A stretch of DNA of 64,000 nt from Macrostomum lignano (GCA_002269645.1 NIVC01001350.1:166177-230176); one strand, 5' to 3'. Shown: positions 38,591 to 51,500, counted from the stretch's first letter. Program-made: numbers and translations. The notes: generated by a model from the sequence alone, not told the origin.

Positions 38591-41132
38591 CTGTAAAATT
38601 TTGTGCTCATGCTCAATTTGGATCTCATAGTTATCCTATGCAACATGCACCTCTGCAATTGATATTTAGCCTTAGGCTTAACAGTAAAAGCCTGCACCAA
38701 TGCAAAATTAAATTATTGGCATGCGGTACATTATTCTATTGCTCAATTGCATTTCATTAACTTGCGAAACCCTAACCAACTTTTAACCTTCCAGTCAAGC
38801 TTGGGTTGGGACTGAAGGTATCTTTCTAATTTGCAAACCATTTGCTTATGTGCCTAGCTATTTTGCCCCGCTCAGGTCAAGAGACCCCTAGCTCGAGGTC
38901 TTGTCCTCAGCAGAGGGCACCCAAGGTGAATCTCCCCCTTTTTTGTTCATTCTTTGTTCCACTCATGCTGAGCCAGGGAAATTTGTTAGGGCTTCTATTT
39001 TTGGCTCATTTTCCCAGTGCTTTCTACTCTACCCCGTTTGTTATAACTCTTTATGGAGATCTCTGTATGATAACTTGGTCACTACATTAGCCTCTATTTT
39101 GCAATTTAACCAAGGAGAAGATGCTTCTGCTATTTCTAATATCTAATTCTATGTGAGGCTCTGCTTTCTTACCGCAATACTTGTTTATTATGAGCCTTAC
39201 AGGCTTCCCCCTTTCAAATTCTAATCGGGCCCCTACCTGGCAGTTATCTGTTTTATTGCTCATTGTTTAACTCACCCACCCTACTTCTGTGTGCCACTTT
39301 AGAGTGCAGGGATGAGGGCTCCCCCCCCCCTTCTTTTTCCAGCAGCTGGTCTCCCATGTCTATTGGCTGGCCATCTATAAGACTATATAAGTCAACCTTT
39401 TCCTATTTCTTTTTAATTGTTCATACGAGCCCAGTTTGTAACTCTGTAAAAGTTGAATTTTGATTTGTTTAAGTCATCTTTTGACCAAGTTCACCATTCG
39501 CCATGGCCAAGAACCACCTTGCCTACAATGAAAATGTCATACCAATAGGGGCAACTACCTGAGCTCCTTGGCTATGGCCGGGTGAGTCCGAAGCCCATAT
39601 GCCTATGTGGCTACAGCTGACAGCACAGAACTGGCACATTATCGACTGCATTGTGCCCTTGATGAGGCATTTTATCAGGCCTCCCAGAAGGGCCATCTCC
39701 AGGTTGATACCCAGTGGCGCTCATTATGCTGCCAGATGCCACCCTCATCAACATGGGACCTACTAGATGCACTTCTTGTTCGCACTGAGGATTCTTTCAG
39801 GCAAGGCAGCCATTGCCCATGACTTGCACTGGCACTCCTGGTGACCATTGCCTACTAGGAAGCTGGACATTTGCAAGATGGCTGGCTACCCTGTCTAAGA
39901 CAATTCTAGGACTAGGCCATTGAGAAATGGGCAGAGCACCTTTGCTTCAACAATAGCCAAATCCAGGTTCTTGGCTGGCCACCCAATCTAGCCCTACTGG
40001 ACAGCACCCGCAATGCCCGCCAAGCTAATCAAGGAGGCCACTTGCCTACCCACTGTGTCTGGCGCCCCTGAAGCTTGGGGTTGAGCTTTCTTTGCTACCC
40101 TCAATCTGACATTGCCGCACATGTAGTAATATGGTCTACCACAAAGGTTTGTGACAATTAATTTTGGCATGAACTTTCTGCAAAAACCCTTCCACATTTC
40201 CCCTTCTCCTATGACGAAATTTGTCATCATCGCCTGTCTGTGGCTTGCCCCATTGGTTGTTTCCCTGGTCCTGTCCCTATTCCCATGGCTGTTCTCCTCA
40301 TTGCCCTATCCTGTGTTTTATTTTTGTTTTTCCTGCATTTCGGCAGGAATTCTTGCATTGACCTAACTTGTGGGCTCTTTTTCTGCCGGTTGACCTACTG
40401 GCTACCCCGCTCTCTGCCCCACTGTTTGCCCTATGCATTGGCATTGTTCCCTACTACTATTTATATGGCTATCCCGGCCGCATTTTATTACATGCTCTTG
40501 CTTGTATGCGCTTGTTCCTCTTGCTCTTTTCTTTGTGCATTTACATTTGTTCCTTTAAGTTCAAATGCAAGTAATTGCATTCTTTATTTAGACCTTAAGT
40601 AATAGAGTTTAGGCCTTTGCATAACTACCTTACTTATTCAGCACCCTCGGCACAACTGGATTAACTCTCATTTTGTTGTTAAAATACTTGTTGGCAAATA
40701 ATAAATAACTAAATATCACCTGCTCATTATTTATTTACATTAATTGATTAAAGCTCTAAATAGTTTATCTTGAGGTATTTGTCCATGGGGTGTTAAACAA
40801 CCAAGTTAGTCTCAACTCCAAACAAACTTTAAGATCTTAATGTTCCATAATATGAAATTACAGTGGTGGCAATGCTACTCTACTGAAAGTAATCAGTTTA
40901 GAAACTCAGAAAATAGAATTACAATGTCTAGACCATCGAGTTTATTGTCTGAATGACCATGCCTGCTTAAGACTGCTTAACTATGATTACTACTACTCTC
41001 CCCCTAGAATTGAGGACCTGGCAAATGGAGTATCAAGAGAGAAAAGCATTTTGAGTCATTTAGCAAAATTTTCCAGCTTTCATGAGTGCCAAAATAACAA
41101 AGGCGGGAATTCAAAGTTGAACTGTCCCTACC

Positions 41133-41733
41133 CCATAGTCCGGATCATGTTGTTTACGCCGGAGATCTCTGGCATAAATCTGGTTGGGATCGGAGGCTGG
41201 CATAAGTGCTTGGCGTAAGTATAGGCCAAAATGTGCCTTGGCATAAGTGCTTGGCGTAAGTACATGGCATAAATCAAGTGGCATAAATGTTGGCACAAAT
41301 GAGATCATTCACAATCAAATGTATCACTATAGAACATTACACATTTGCGTTAATTATGATGTTAAAGAGTAGCATTAAAACAAAGTTCATTAAAACATTG
41401 CAGTTCGTATAAATGAAATAGCAGAATATCTATTGTAGGATAGCAAAAGTTTTTTTAGCTTTAAGATGTTTACTTTGATTCTTGATTCAGAATTTACAAC
41501 TTGTGAGATTTTTAAACAGTTGCAACTTCTGAATTTAATTAATCACGGATTAATTGTGAATCATCTATTCTATTTGTCTATTGTTTCAATTCATCTAACT
41601 CTAGCTTTTTTAAGTTCTAGTCCTTTGCTTAGTAATTGTCAGAGACCTTTTTTGGTTGGCCTAAGTCTGGCGTAAGTGCCAAAAAATGTTGGATTTTCCC
41701 TCTGGCGTAAGTCCAGCATGATCCGGACTATGG
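41133..41733. mobile_element. 601-bp MITE inserted in the Gypsy 3' LTR
   Basis: 17-bp perfect TIR CCATAGTCCGGATCATG; degenerate 8-bp TSD TCCCTACC/TCCCCATC (empty site CCCCCACC in the 5' LTR copy); repeated TGGCGTA/TGGCATA subterminal motifs. Confidence 0.9.
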
Positions 41734-42338
41734 TCCCCATCTTATTGGTTTTGGCAACTAACTGATTTCAAAAGAAATTTTATTTTCTTATTCCTTTTCT
41801 CCACCCCACCTCAGACAATAATACTTTTTATTTGTTTCTGTTAAGACTTGAGACGTTGAGTTGTTCACTTGTTAACATTTTGGCCATAGACTATTGTAGC
41901 TTTTCGGTGTCAGATATATTATAACCAGTGCTGGGCGTTAACTAGTTAATTGTTTAACTAGTTAATTAACTAGTTAAATTTTTTAAAAAATCGTTAAATT
42001 TTTGTTAAATTTTTTATGTATTAACTAGTTAACAAAAATCGTTAATTTTTTTCTGTAAGTTAAAGTTAAATGACAAAAGTTAATAATTCCGGGAAATAGA
42101 GTTCCCCGGGTTCAAAATCCGTGGGTTTCAACAGCTTGTATGCCATTAAAAAGTAAAATTAATACATACATAAAATAACTTCGCCTTTCTAAGCATTATT
42201 TAACGCGTCACAAACTATTACATGTATATTATTTCAGTTACAAGTTATAATGTATAGAATATTCCGGAAGATTCTGGAATCTTCAACTATTATCTATTGA
42301 TATTCTACCCAAGGACTACTAGAAGTTATCGTTGTACA

Positions 42339-43389
42339 TAGGGATGTCGATTCCCCGGGGAATTTTCTTATCGGGGACCCGGGTAATTTACTGTCATTCC
42401 CCGGGGACCCCGGGGACTCCGGGGAAAAAATAAGTAAAAAACGGCGGATAACTTAGATCTTAAGTCACTAAGTGGCATTTCTTAAACTTTGATTAAAGCT
42501 TTGGATGGACTACATGTTCAAGGCGCAAGGGTAAAAACTTAAGGCAATGTTTGTTTAAAACTGTATTTGACAACGTGGCATTACCAAATTGTGCACGCAC
42601 CTTTATCAGAAAGGGTCCAGACTCCGGAGGCGGAAAATGCATACTCAGCAGCTGCACTCGAGGGAGGATAATTAATGAATGAGACTGTTTTTATAATCGG
42701 AATTTTAATTTCTTGCAGATACATGTAAATCACAATTTTGTCCTGTCTAATAGGGAGTATTTTGTTATTGTATGACACCCCCCTATGCGTCAGTGACTGA
42801 CGCAGGATATAGCGCTGTGCCTGCGTCAAATGCGTCAAGCCATCAACGCAGACCAACACAATAGTCAGTAAGGCTTCTTTTTCCTGACGGCTTTCTACGC
42901 TCGTACGTTCAATTTGCTTGATTGAAAGACTCATAGTGAAAAAAACATTCAAACGGGTCGCTTTCATAAGACCGAAATTTCACAACGCCAAAAAGCACTA
43001 CCCTTCACAAGACCGAAACTTCATAAGACCGAAATTTCACAACGCCGAAAATTCTGCATGCAATACAATCCTTATTGTAAGATTTTCTACGATGCGAAAT
43101 TTCGATCTTATGAAGTTTCGGTCTTGTGAAGTATGGTGTTTCGGCGTTGTGAAATTTCGGTCCCATGAACCCCCCCCCATTCAAATGTGTGTTGTGTTTG
43201 AAATAATACATTGAAATAAGCAGTTTTGCGGTAAAAAAGCATAGACAGAGTTTCAATCAGCTTTCTGTGAATGATTTCCTTATTTAAATGGCAAAAATTT
43301 AGTTAAAAATGCTTTTTTTCTCCCCGGGGTCCCCGGTCTAATTCCCCGGGGAGTATTCCCCGACAAGCTCCCCGGGGTCGACATCCCTA
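42339..43389 (-). mobile_element. Deleted hAT element nested in the previous one, carrying a transposase dimerisation-domain remnant
   Basis: TIR TAGGGATGTCGA / TCGACATCCCTA; TSD GTTGTACA/GTTGTATA; subterminal CCCCGGGG repeats; minus-strand PPSSAAAEYAFSASG (~42622-42668) resembles the hAT motif PASSAxxERxFSxxG. Confidence 0.88.
42955..43178. mobile_element. 224-bp palindromic MITE (GG termini, 8-bp TSD, possibly Merlin-like), innermost element of the nest
   Basis: TTCATAAGACCGAAATTTCACAACGCC inverted against GGCGTTGTGAAATTTCGGTCCCATGAA; flanks ATTCAAAC / ATTCAAAT. Confidence 0.75.
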
Positions 43390-44307
43390 GTTGTATACAT
43401 GTAGTTGTAATTCTGCCTTTCCTGCTGCGCTGCTCCGCGTTGCGCTGCATAGATATTTCCTTGTCGCGTTGCACCATACTGCGCCATGTCGCGCCGCCGC
43501 GCGACTTCCCGCGCCGCCGCACGACCTTCTACGCTGCGTCGCGCCACCGCGCGCCGCGCCGCGCCGCACCGCGACCTGGCCACAGCCGCGCCGCGCCGAC
43601 CTGAAATTTAAAAAACGCGCCGGACGCATGTCCGGGAAAATGTCACTTTTTCTGTTAGAGAATTATTAACTTTAACTTTTAACTTTTCAGAAGTTAAATT
43701 TTGGGCAAAAGTTAAATAATTAACTAGTTACAGTTAATTTTTTTGGAGCAATTAAATTAACTTTTTAACTTTTAACGAGTTAAAAAAATTGATTAACTTG
43801 CCCAGCACTGATTATAACAAGTTTTGAAGCATAAAATTAGTGTCTGATTAAGCTTAAGTCTCTTAAGAATAGCTATTTGTACTTAAAATAGTTTGTACAG
43901 TACTTATCTAAAGTCAAAAAAATTTAATGAACAAAACTTGACAATTGCCAAAAGGTCATTTGTTAGTATTATCACAACACTAGCATAGTTTTGAGAATGG
44001 GCATGCACTTAATTTTTTGGCATGCATTTGTAAATAGGCCTATTTGATATTTGTTTGGGCATGCACCTAGCATGATCCAGCTATAGCCTATAGGATAAAT
44101 CCAAGTTCAACTATAATTAGGCCTACTAAAATAAAAAAAATGATGTCCATAAGCCCTATCTAGTCTAACTAAATGAGTTTTCTGGACACAAAAACCAGAT
44201 CAAAAAACAAAGGCAAAGATGCAAAAAATGATAGCCATTCTTTCATGAGACATGAACTTAGTATCAATATGATACTTATTGGCATGAATATATAGCCTAT
44301 AGGCAGG

Positions 44308-44886
44308 CCATAGTCCGGAAGAGGGATTAATCCGGCGTACACTCACGACTTTTGGCGTACACTTGGCGTACAATTTTTGACTTTTTGAAATCTGGCGTAC
44401 TTATCTGGCGTATGAAAATGCATAGGCCCTATTGAAAAAGTGGCGTACATGTTCCTGCAGTTGCGGAATCAAATCGAATAGTCTAAGAAAATAGTGCGCA
44501 TGCAGTAAATAGAATCACGCAAGAGTTCGTGAAAGGTACAAAAAACATAAAACAAGTTCATTTTTAAGCGTAAATTTCAAGGCTTCCGGGTTTTGAGAGC
44601 TCGTAATAAAAACTTTAAACAAATCTTTGCGTGTATTAAGTTTTCCCTATAAATAATATCAGCTTAAAAGCAGAAGTATCAATTATATTATTAGCTCAAA
44701 AGGGTTACTTTACGCAATTAAGGAGAAGAAGAAACATTGTCGCAACGTAAAAAAGGTCATTTATTGTCGCAACACCGGGGTAGATTTGAGAGTGGGCGTG
44801 CACTCAAACTTTGACGTACACTGACATACCAAAAAAATTGTGAGAGATTTTAGTCCGGCGTACATTCAGGGTGTTCCGAACTATGG
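44308..44886. mobile_element. Second MITE of the CCATAGTCCGGA family
   Basis: CCATAGTCCGGAA ... TTCCGAACTATGG (12/13 TIR); multiple TGGCGTAC motifs; TSD not clear. Confidence 0.8.
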
Positions 44887-47239
44887 TATATAGGCCTAGG
44901 CTAGGGCCACCTAGGCCTATCAATTTTTATTCAAAACAGTTTTTTTGTCTGTGAAACTTTATAATAATTCCTATGGCAATGGCAACTATACTTTTTTCTT
45001 GAATAGGCCTAGTCCTAGCAATGTCAATGATAGGGGAAGGGGCCTAACATTGATTGCTAAGCCACAATAGAATAGCCTAGCCTCATGGCCAATTGCACCT
45101 ATTACCCCATTTACTGTTTTCCTTTTTGTTCTGTCTCTAATAAACCTTAGACTGCTAGGGCTTTTACTCGTAATACAGACACTGTTAGATTTATTAATTC
45201 AATAAGCTTAAGTACTATACCTGAATGGTGGAGAAGAATAATTTAGGTCACAATTAAGGAACACAAGTGAATATTAAGCCTTCAACAGTACTTTATGCGG
45301 CGAACTTTTGAAATATTTAACGTTGATTAAAACAAACAGGTAATGATTAAGGTGACTCCAACTGCTTTGTTCCTCAAGTCTCGGTGGAAAATAGCTGTGG
45401 CTGTTGCAAAGCGGTTTAATTTATCTCAAATACTCAAAAAGTGGAAGATTTACGGTTATCTTTCCAACGGATTTGATAATCTTGCGCCGCAATTGCCGAA
45501 TTTAGGAATTTCAATCTCAAAATTCTATTGCTTTTACTTTAAGTAGACGCTGCTACCAGTTACCACTGCGGAATTGCTGAAAAGATTGCTAGCAATTTCT
45601 AACTCGGAACAGTTGGCATTACCCTTCTTGCATAAAGCTTGCTTTGGTTTTCGATCAGTTCCAATAGAGATGTTTGGTGCAGGAACAGAAACCGTAACCT
45701 CCAGGAAAGCGGAAATTTGCACAATTAAAATTACTGCTTTCTCCTTTTTTAGCCCACGGCTCTCTTTAGTCACTTCAAAGCTGAATAGGCGGATGGGGCG
45801 GCTTACTGTGGAATTAATGAAACTTAGACTTAGTGCAGAATAGATGGACCTCTCAGCGAGGGCATTAGGATCAGGGACCTTGGGGTCTCAGGGGAGGGGC
45901 CAGGACGGCGCAATATACGGAGACTAGTGTCATAAAAATATAAGGGCAGAGCCGACCGCCACATTTTCATCTTCATCATGCACATTTTCAACAAATGAAT
46001 GAATTCCGTACAACGCGTAGCCATAGGTCGCGGTCCTTCGATCATGAATTCTAGTCGATCGAGAGACTAATTGCTGCGCAGTGCTAGGCCAGTTACAAGG
46101 GCGAGGCTGCAGGCCAGGGCTTCGACTTGTGGAATCTGGACAAGACCTCTTTAATTAGAATTAAATGGTTCTAGAAATGATCATGGGCTTTTTTATTGCA
46201 GGTACATGTATAGGGCCTAATGTTGATGGAAATGAATGGGCTAATATGTGCGGTTCTTATTAATTATACTAATTAATCAATTATTCTAGCTATCTCTACC
46301 CACATGTGGTGTGCTCACATGAGCTTACAGTGACACTATCGGCTCAATCTATCATCAACTCTAGCTATCAAATGTCTAATCTACATGTAATTCTGAGATT
46401 GAGACTTATCACCCCCCGAGAGTCGAAGCGTACGTGTGTTTCGATCGGATCACTCGTGAGTGCGCTGGATGCTGTATGTTATATTCATTGTTACATTTAT
46501 GTGTACAGTTACATTTTCATGTACACTCTTGCATGAGCTATGTTACAGGGAAAACAGCGCGGGGGGCAGTTGAATGACCTTATATCGAACTGGAACACGC
46601 ACGTACGAGCGTACATAAATTGTAATGAACTGCATGTCCTATAAACTAAAAACTATATTCTATAATATATCCTTTTATAGGCAGTAAATATGATGGAATC
46701 AAAAGATAATACTCAAGATAGCACGAATTATAGTTAAACAGACACGAGTGGCAGCTTTTTAGTAGTGTCGGTGCAGTGTTTGGAGTTTTGATCAGCCCAG
46801 CGATAAAATCCTGCTTATCTATCTGTCTGTGTTCCACGTTGATCGTGAAGCACCCGCAGAGATCAAGCAAAACTTATAACAATATATCTATATAGCTCTA
46901 GGTATAATAAAGCCTTATATTTGGTGCAACAACTTGCTTTGATTACGCAATCATTCATATTTACACGCGTCCCTGCGCAGAGACAAGATTAGAATAGGCA
47001 AACTGCACCTCCAATTTGTTGTCGGAATGTGCAACGGCCTTGCAGAATATCACTTACCAGCAGTTCTGGTCTGCGATTCCCAGCTGTGAAGGGAAATTTC
47101 CATTTTTAAACCAGGGGTTTGCACACTTTATTTACCTCACGGTCCAGATTAAATAATCTAGCTTATAATAATCTAAATATTATTCTACATTTAGATTATT
47201 AGATTATTAGATTATTAAAATCCTATATTAAATAATCTA

Positions 47240-48140
47240 GGATGAGAGAAGAAATGAGAGAGGGTGTAAGAGAGAAGAGAGATGTGAGATGAGATTAGAG
47301 ATGAAAAGAGAGAAGAGATGACAGAGAAGATTAGAGGAGGGGAGAGATGAGAAGAGAAGATGAGAGGAGGGAAGAGATGACAGAGAAGATGAGAGGAGGG
47401 AAGAGATGACAGAGAAGCTGAGAGGAGGGAAGAGATGACAAAGAAGATGAGAGGAGGGAAGAGATGACAGAGAAGATTAGAAGAGGGAAGAAATGACAGA
47501 GAAGATTAGAGGAGGGAAGAGATGACAGAGAAGATTAGAGGAGGGAAGAGATGACAAAGAAGATGAGAGGAGGGAAGAGATGACAGAGAAGATGAGAGGA
47601 GGGAAGAGATGACAGAGAAGATTAGAGGAGGGAAGAGATGACAGAGAAGATGAGAGGAGGGAAGAGATGACAGAGAAGCTGAGAGGAGGGAAGAGATGAC
47701 AAAGAAGATGAGAGGAGGGAAGAGATGACAGAGAAGATTAGAGGAGGGAAGAGATGACAAAGAAGATGAGAGGAGGGAAGAGATGACAGAGAAGATGAGA
47801 GGAGGGAAGAGATGACAGAGAAGATGAGAGGAGGGAAGAGATGAGAAGTGAAGATGAGAGGAGGGAAGAGATGACAGAGAAGATTAGAGGAGGGAAGAGA
47901 TGACAGAGAAGATGAGAGGAGGGAAGAGATGACAAAGAAGATGAGAGGAGGGAAGAGATGACAGAGAAGATGAGAGGAGGAAAGAGATGACAGAGAAGAT
48001 GAGAGGAGGGAAGAGATGACAAAGAAGATGAGAGGAGGGAAGAGATGACAGAGAAGATGAGAGGAGGAAAGAGATGACAGAGAAGATGAGAGGAGGGGAG
48101 AGATGAGAGAGACGATGAGAGGAGAGGAATTGAGTGGAGA
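47240..48140. repeat. 29-bp purine-rich minisatellite (GAGAGGAGGGAAGAGATGACAGAGAAGAT)
   Basis: Directly visible. Confidence 0.96.
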
Positions 48141-48789
48141 GAAGAGAACCGAGAAGACACAGACCCTGAACAGACCTTGAGCTATTGTGAAGTTTCAAAG
48201 AACCCAGGGGCCGCGCAGAGAGTTTTCTGACCCCCAATTGAAACGGAAACTGGAAGACTTTCACTCATGTTGATTGACAGATAAATTTGCAACTGTTATT
48301 TCTGTAGATACAGACAGTCAAAAAATTAAACTAAAGTATAAAATATTTAACATTGCTTTATGAATGTTTAATTTACTTTTTTTTTCGGACCAAAATTGTT
48401 GTCAGGCAAACCAATTTTTCTCTTGCGTTGCTTTTTCTATCAAAACATTTAATTAAGCATGCAAGGCACCTACCTGTGCCACGCGCACGAATGACAATGG
48501 TATGGAGTGACGGCGCCTCAATCCCCGAGGCGACACTGCAGCTACCAGGATGACTAAGTATAATTTGTCTGTTTCTTTTAACAGCATTAGTAGGCATAAT
48601 GTTAATCGCCACAGAAGGTAACAGTGCGGATTATAAGCCCTTGGGGCGTGACTCACTCCACTGCGACTGCAGGCATGTAGCGGGCCAAATACAAGGCCAG
48701 TCTCCGCCAACTTGCATGCGAATTGATTGCGGGTAGCATCGGGTGCGGTTTTGGCCTGTGGGCGCCGATAGTGCGACTGGCCTGGACAA

Positions 48790-49580
48790 TTTCAGCTCCA
48801 AATCAGCTCTCGAAGAGAGATTGTAGCGCCAATTTAGCTCTAGAGGAGAGATTGTAGCGCCAATTTAGCTCTAGAGTGGAGATTGTGTAGCGCCAATTTA
48901 GCTCTAGAGGGGAGATTGTATAGCGCCAATTTAGCTCTAGAGGGAAGATTGTAGCGCCAATTTAGCTCTAGAGTGGAGATTGTGTAGCGCCAATTTAGCT
49001 CTAGAGGGGAGATTGTATAGCGCCAATTTAGCTCTAGAGGGAAGATTGTAGCGCCAATTTAGCTCTAGAGGGGAGATTGTATAGCGCCAATTTAGCTCTA
49101 GAGGAGAGATTGTATAGCGTCAATTTAGCTCTAGAGGGGAGATTGTATAGCGCCAATTTAGCTCTAGAGGGGAGATTGTATAGCGCCAATTTAGCTCTAG
49201 AGGGGAGATTGTATAGCGCCAATTTAGCTCTAGAGGAAAGATAATAGCGCCAACCTATAGCTCCTCAGAGGAGATTTTAGCGCCAACCTAGCTCCTCAGA
49301 AGAGATTTTAGCGCCGGCCTAACTCCTCAGAAGGGGTTTTAGCGCCGGCCTAGTTCCTCAGAAGGGGTTTTAGCGCCGGCCTAGTTCCTCAGAAGAGATT
49401 TTAGCGCCAGCCTAGTTCCTCAGAAGAGATTTTAGCGCCAGCCTAGCTCCTCAGAAGAGATTTTAGCGACAGCCTAGCTCCTCAGAAGAGATTTTAGCGA
49501 CAGCCTAGCTCCTCAGAATAGATTTTAGCGCCAGCCTAGCTCCTCAGAAGAGATTTTAGCGCCAACATGACTCCTCAGAA
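48790..49580. repeat. 31-33-bp minisatellite grading from AGCGCCAATTTAGCTCTAGAGGGGAGATTGTAT to AGCGCCAGCCTAGCTCCTCAGAAGAGATTTT
   Basis: Directly visible. Confidence 0.95.
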
Positions 49581-50314
49581 GATGACCCCCCATTTTTACT
49601 AGGAGGACATCTGACCCCCATTCGATCTCCCCCTGGATGTCTGGCCTATTGCCGTCAGGCAATAAACTCTTTTCAATGCCAGTGGGAGCTGCCTGAGTGA
49701 GTCTCCAAGTTAACACGTCCATACTGCACATGGTTAATCCACAATTGTTTGCAAAGTAGTCATGCAGAATAATTGCACTGTCCCTCTTCCAGTTCACTTA
49801 AAATTGGCAGAGCCACTAACTGCTTCAGAATTACGCAACCCACCGCATGCCAGAACTGCCTGCCCAGGCACAAAAAACGCAACCCATTTTCGTGTTTGAC
49901 AACGACATGTCAGTCTAAGCAATGGCAGAGGGAGCCTATAGCTATTATTGAACTGAATGAAGCACCAGACTGGCTAACATAATGCAACTGTCATCGCTAG
50001 CTGGATCTCGCTGCAGGAAATGCAGCCCTTCGTTCAAGTGCTTGGCTGTCATATCTCTGCTCCAGGAGTTTCCCTGCCTCTCACGATGCCTTCTCTCAGT
50101 CTGACTCATCACCAAATCCTGCATTAAATCTTGTACCATTCCTGATTTCATAATTCATGCCCAATAAATTCACACAACAGTTTATCCCGGGTCTTCTCTC
50201 TATATGCATCCATAGCTGTCAGGGACGTCGTCATGGATTTTATGGTGGAGGGAGAACAAAGCCGAGAATTCTACATGACTAAATTCCTACATTATCTGGG
50301 GAATCGGTGCTGTT

Positions 50315-51500
50315 AGAGCTCATTTTGGTGCCACAGGAACTCATTTTGGCGCCGCAGGAACTCATTTTGGTGCCACAGGAACTCATTTTGGCGCCGCAGG
50401 AACTCATTTTGGTGCCACAGGAACTCATTTTGGCGCCACAGGAACTCATTTTGGCGCCGCAGGAACTCATTTAGCGCCACAGGAACTCATTTTGGTGCCA
50501 CAGGAACTTATTTTGGCGCCACAGAAACTCATTTTGGCGCCACAGAAACTCGTTTTGGCGCCACCTGAACTCATTTTGGCGCCACAAAAACTCATTTTGG
50601 CGTCGCAGGAACTCATTTTAGCGCCACAGGAACTCATTTTGGTGCCACAAAAACTCATTTTGGCGCCACAGTAACTCATTTTGGCGCTACAGGAACTTAT
50701 TTTGGCGCCACAGAAACTCATTTTGGCGCCACCTGAACTCATTTTGGTGCCACAGGAACTCGTTTTGGCGCCACCTGAACTCATTTTGGCGCCACAAAAA
50801 CTCATTTTGGCGTCGCAGGAACTCATTTTAGCGCCACAGGAACTCATTTTGGTGCCACAAAAACTCATTTTTGCGCCACAAAAACTCATTTTGGCGCCAC
50901 AGTAACTCATTTTGGCGCTACAGGAACTTATTTTGGCGCCACCTGAACTCATTTTGGCGCCACAGGAACTCATTTTGGCGCCACAGGAACTCATTTTGGC
51001 GCCACAGGAACTCATTTTTGCGCCACAGAAACTCATTTTGGTGCCACAAAAACTCATTTTGGCGTCGCAGGAACTCATTTTAGCGCCACAGGAACTCATT
51101 TTGGTGCCACAAAAACTCATTTTGGCGCCACAGTAACTCATTTTGGCGCTACAGGAACTTATTTTGGCGCCACAGAAACTCATTTTGGCGCCACCTGAAC
51201 TCATTTTGGTGCCACAGGAACTCGTTTTGGCGCCACCTGAACTCATTTTGGCGCCACAAAAACTCATTTTGGCGTCGCAGGAACTCATTTTAGCGCCACA
51301 GGAACTCATTTTGGTGCCACAAAAACTCATTTTTGCGCCACAAAAACTCATTTTGGCGCCACAGTAACTCATTTTGGCGCTACAGGAACTTATTTTGGCG
51401 CCACCTGAACTCATTTTGGCGCCACAGGAACTCATTTTGGCGCCATATACATGCAGACACTCATTTTGGCACCGCAGACAGACACTCATTTTGGGCGGAC
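50315..51500. repeat. 21-bp minisatellite (AGGAACTCATTTTGGCGCCAC) with higher-order blocks
   Basis: Directly visible; the variant pattern recurs in blocks of ~231 bp (CAGTAACTC at ~50670, 50901, 51132, 51363). Confidence 0.97.

Larger units (their letters stand above)
34143..41813 (+). mobile_element. Decayed, internally deleted Ty3/Gypsy LTR retrotransposon
   Basis: Direct repeats 34143-34835 and 40515-41813 (second one interrupted by a MITE) both end CCACCTCA. The first is followed by a degenerate tRNA-Leu-type PBS (TAGTGTCAGCTAAGTGAGAT vs TGGTGTCAGAAGTGGGAT). pol remnants: RT/connection YLGHLVTKDGIKTDLAKIEAIQTWP (~35280), RNase H DTSATRIGACLSQ...ELLAV...TDH (~35580-35800), integrase GIPAWIHSDQRKQF...NGQAESYN and GPY/F-like HRPYKSIYKV (~37060-37850). 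Many stops. Confidence 0.9.
41926..43810. mobile_element. Non-autonomous hAT-type DNA transposon (outer element of a nest)
   Basis: TIR CAGTGCTGGGC / GCCCAGCACTG; perfect 8-bp TSD ATTATAAC (41918-41925, 43811-43818); many subterminal GTTAA/TTAACTAG motifs at both ends. Confidence 0.92.

Noticed and set aside
42820-42900. IVLVCVDGL resembling the IS256/Mutator catalytic motif
   Set aside because: Short isolated match inside an element whose TIRs, TSD and dimerisation motif indicate hAT.
45343-45843. Plus-strand frame open for ~500 bp apart from one TAG, with an overlapping minus ORF
   Set aside because: No recognisable domain in either direction; cannot be supported as a gene or TE without a search.
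48455-48560. QGTYLCHA Ig-like motif (+) and a possible minus-strand exon ending CAG|GTAGGT
   Set aside because: Immediately followed by a stop, and no partner exons could be linked.
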